Source: a virus (taxonomy: Duplodnaviria; Caudoviricetes). Taken from it: DNA of 33,617 nt. Positions 31,155 through 33,617 of the stretch are shown here, piece after piece (positions within the stretch are counted from its first letter, which is position 1; each line of letters opens with the position of its first letter). The stretch spans positions 1 to 33,617 of the IMG/VR virus record IMGVR_UViG_3300046710_000123, one strand, 5' to 3'. Position numbers and translations under genes: made by a program. The notes beneath the pieces were generated by a model that was given only the letters and a program-made list of their open reading frames with translations, was not told where the DNA came from and did not search any database.

Positions 31155-33617
31155 AACGGCTGAAAATGTTGTATTAAAACAAGCGGTAAAATACAGTGAA
31201 CTAGGGTGGGAAGTAATACCCCTAGCAGAAAATAAGAAGATTCCGTTGACTTCACACGGATTTAAAGATAGCACTACAGACCAACTTGAAATTGAAGAAC
31301 TATTTAAAAATCCTAATTGTAATATTGGAATTCGAGTTGGTCCCGAAAGCAACTTGGTAGTTCTTGACATAGATGATAAATCTAATAAATCTGGTAGCGA
31401 ACGCCTTAAAGAATTAGAAATACAACTAGGAAAGTTACCGACCACACTGACTGTCAGGACACAAAATGGGCATCATTATTACTTCTCATTCCCTGAAAAA
31501 TGGAATGAATCACAGATAAAGAAAGAATTAGCACCAGGCGTTGACTTAAAAACGAAGGGTGGTTACGTAGTAGCTCCACCAAGTAAGATAGATAATTTTC
31601 AATATCATATCGAAACCCCTGCAGAAGTTGCAGAGTTACCAAAAGATTGGGTAAACGAAGCATTAAAAGAATATCCAATAGATTGGACCAATGTACAACC
31701 ACTGCGCGGATCTGGGAAATTAATCACAGAAGAATATGGATTAAAGATGGAAGATGTTATCGACCTACCTCCTAATGCACGTCGAGGATCCGATAATTCA
31801 TATCTGATCAAACATCCGGTACACGGTGCCAGTGGTGAAGGTAATCTATCTGTATCCTTATCAAAGAACCTATGGCATTGCTTCAGATGTTCAAGTGGGG
31901 GTGATGCGCTTAGTTGGGTGGCCGTGAGAGAGCACTTCGTTGATTGTGCCGATGCTGGTCGGCTTGATCGTGAGACGATAAAAAAATGCTTACAAGTATT
32001 ACGTTCTGAAGGACTTGTTCCAGAAGAATCTACTATCCGAGAAACCGTAAGTGCCACAAAGCCCGATGGAACCACAGAAGAATATACTATTGTGTTAAGA
32101 AAGCTAGATGACGTTGCCAATGTAGAACGGTTTATGAGTCGCCATGCAAACGATCTGCGATATTGTATTGAACTCAACCGTTGGAGAGAATACAACGGTA
32201 AGTATTGGAAAGACGTTTCAGTAGATATTATCAAAAGATATGCTAGAGACGTAGCCGCAATAATCAGAAAGGAATCCGCACTCATAGAAGAACTCAATAT
32301 GAGTGATGCTGAGAAAACAGCAATGGTTCGTGATTATGAACGATGGGCGCGTAATAGTTCCCAGAGGCGCAGTCTAGAAGCAATTGTTGACCTGTCAAAA
32401 GCGGATCTTGGTGTTAGCACAAACGACTTTGATGCAGATCCCTACCTGAGTAACTGCGAAAACGGAACATTTGATATTAGGAATGGGCAATTAAATCCCC
32501 ATAGAAGGATGGATTATATAACAAAATACCGTGAGAGTCCGTATGAAAGGGGGTTTAAGGATGAACGATGGGATGCATTCCTGGATAAAGTTCAACCTAC
32601 TAAAGCGATACGGAACTTCCTGTGGAGAGCTGCCGGTTATTCAATGACTGGCGTGACTAACCAAGAAGCTCTGTTCTTTTGCTTTGGTGATCGGTCTACT
32701 GGTAAATCAACATTTCTTGCTGCTATGCTTAGTGCTGCAGCGACTTACGGGACTACATCTAAATTTGCTACGTTCCTTGCAGATCGATCCGCATCTGGTG
32801 GAAGTCCAAGAGAAGATGTGGCCAGACTGATTGGTTCACGTATCACTATTTGTAACGAAGTAAATAAAGGTACAAAATTTAATTCTGCTCTATTGAAAAC
32901 GCTTGTTTCTGGCGAACAATATGTAGCGAGAGTTCCATATTCACCCACATCAATAGAATTCGATCCCGTATTTAAGTTGTGGTTATCTGCAAATGATCGC
33001 CCTGAGATAGAGTACGATGACATGGCAGCATTTCGTAGATTTTATGTTGTTCCATTTGATGTTCCTATACCCGTTAAAGAACAAGATAGAAGTCTCAGAT
33101 CTGTCTTTAAACACGACCCAGATATGAAGAAAGCTATTTTGGCTTGGGCTTTGGAAGGTGCCGTTGAATGGTATAAAGTTAGTGACGGTGGTAAAGATGA
33201 TGGTCTCCAGGCACCAAAAGAAGTTGTGTCTGCAACTGAAGTTTACCAACTAGCAATGAATCCATTATATTCTTTTATTCAAGCAGAATGTGAAATTGGA
33301 TGTGACGCTACAGGGAATCCATTTGAAGAAGGAGCCATAGAGCTTTGGGATGCTTATGACAACCCCCACGCACACTATGATATAAAGGCAGTTAAGAGTT
33401 CCAAATCGCTTGGGAAATACCTGTCAGCCCTTGGATTTGAACGCTATCGTGAAAAGGTGGGTACTCGACAATATAAATGGAAATATTTGAGGTTATTAGA
33501 AGCGTACGAAGTTCCTGGTATGCAACCCAGATCAAGTGCGTGTCCTATGCTTAAACAAACAGAATCACTAGGCTGGGAGATTAAAAAGATCTGTGGTATG
33601 TGTTTAACCAAGCCAGA
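31147..33617 (+). CDS. Bifunctional Prim-Pol plus Zn-binding domain plus D5-like SF3 helicase (3'-truncated; absent from ORF track)
   Basis: Translated by hand from GTG 31147: LGWEVIPL...HGFKDSTTD...NIGI...VVLDIDD...GHHYYF...GVDLKTKGGYVVAPPS (Prim-Pol); HPVHG...WHCFRC; NCENGTFDI (D5_N); Walker A GDRSTGKST at 32686; ICNE; LWLSAND; RRFYVVPF. No stop codon before the window end. Confidence 0.93.
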   Translation, partial: MVRTAENVVLKQAVKYSELGWEVIPLAENKKIPLTSHGFKDSTTDQLEIEELFKNPNCNIGIRVGPESNLVVLDIDDKSNKSGSERLKELEIQLGKLPTTLTVRTQNGHHYYFSFPEKWNESQIKKELAPGVDLKTKGGYVVAPPSKIDNFQYHIETPAEVAELPKDWVNEALKEYPIDWTNVQPLRGSGKLITEEYGLKMEDVIDLPPNARRGSDNSYLIKHPVHGASGEGNLSVSLSKNLWHCFRCSSGGDALSWVAVREHFVDCADAGRLDRETIKKCLQVLRSEGLVPEESTIRETVSATKPDGTTEEYTIVLRKLDDVANVERFMSRHANDLRYCIELNRWREYNGKYWKDVSVDIIKRYARDVAAIIRKESALIEELNMSDAEKTAMVRDYERWARNSSQRRSLEAIVDLSKADLGVSTNDFDADPYLSNCENGTFDIRNGQLNPHRRMDYITKYRESPYERGFKDERWDAFLDKVQPTKAIRNFLWRAAGYSMTGVTNQEALFFCFGDRSTGKSTFLAAMLSAAATYGTTSKFATFLADRSASGGSPREDVARLIGSRITICNEVNKGTKFNSALLKTLVSGEQYVARVPYSPTSIEFDPVFKLWLSANDRPEIEYDDMAAFRRFYVVPFDVPIPVKEQDRSLRSVFKHDPDMKKAILAWALEGAVEWYKVSDGGKDDGLQAPKEVVSATEVYQLAMNPLYSFIQAECEIGCDATGNPFEEGAIELWDAYDNPHAHYDIKAVKSSKSLGKYLSALGFERYREKVGTRQYKWKYLRLLEAYEVPGMQPRSSACPMLKQTESLGWEIKKICGMCLTKP

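Noticed and set aside
31134-33249. Minus-strand ORFs 31134..31445, 31454..31702, 31605..32297, 32745..33023, 32983..33249
   Set aside because: Shadows of the + strand primase-helicase, which has clear motifs.
1-33617. Alternative genetic code, tRNA or rRNA genes
   Set aside because: Standard code gives dense, intact genes with all three stop codons used; no cloverleaf or rRNA-like stretch recognised by eye.

Overview
Contiguous 33.6 kb piece of a tailed dsDNA virus (Caudoviricetes, siphovirus-type tail) with all credible genes on the + strand. Order: paralogous head-associated/fibre genes (5' truncated), head decoration-like protein, head-tail connector, head closure, HK97 gp10-like protein, tail terminator, major tail tube protein, a tail assembly chaperone pair with a -1 slippery site, tape measure protein (1152 aa), a giant multi-insertion distal tail protein (1628 aa), LamG-baseplate hub, lectin, glycosidase-like, thioredoxin-like, beta-helix and BppU-like tail accessory proteins. 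Next come a putative lysis region (2-TM protein, micro-ORFs, HNH, papain-family C1A peptidase with lectin-like repeats), a repeat-bearing intergenic switch, and an early/replication region (PD-(D/E)XK nuclease, many small CxxC proteins, HNH-like genes, and a 3'-truncated Prim-Pol/Zn-finger/D5 helicase missing from the supplied ORF track). TTTATATA boxes, T-tract terminators, GGAGGTG/GGGGTGA ribosome-binding sites and the lack of a recognisable peptidoglycan hydrolase suggest an archaeal host (inference). The most unusual features are the Russian-doll distal tail protein (nested beta-modules, Ig domains, TIM barrel, thioredoxin CPPC, DnaJ-type Zn finger), a possible tail-borne thiol-redox module, and a protease-plus-lectin lysis candidate. 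All domain calls come from reading motifs by eye; no database search was run.
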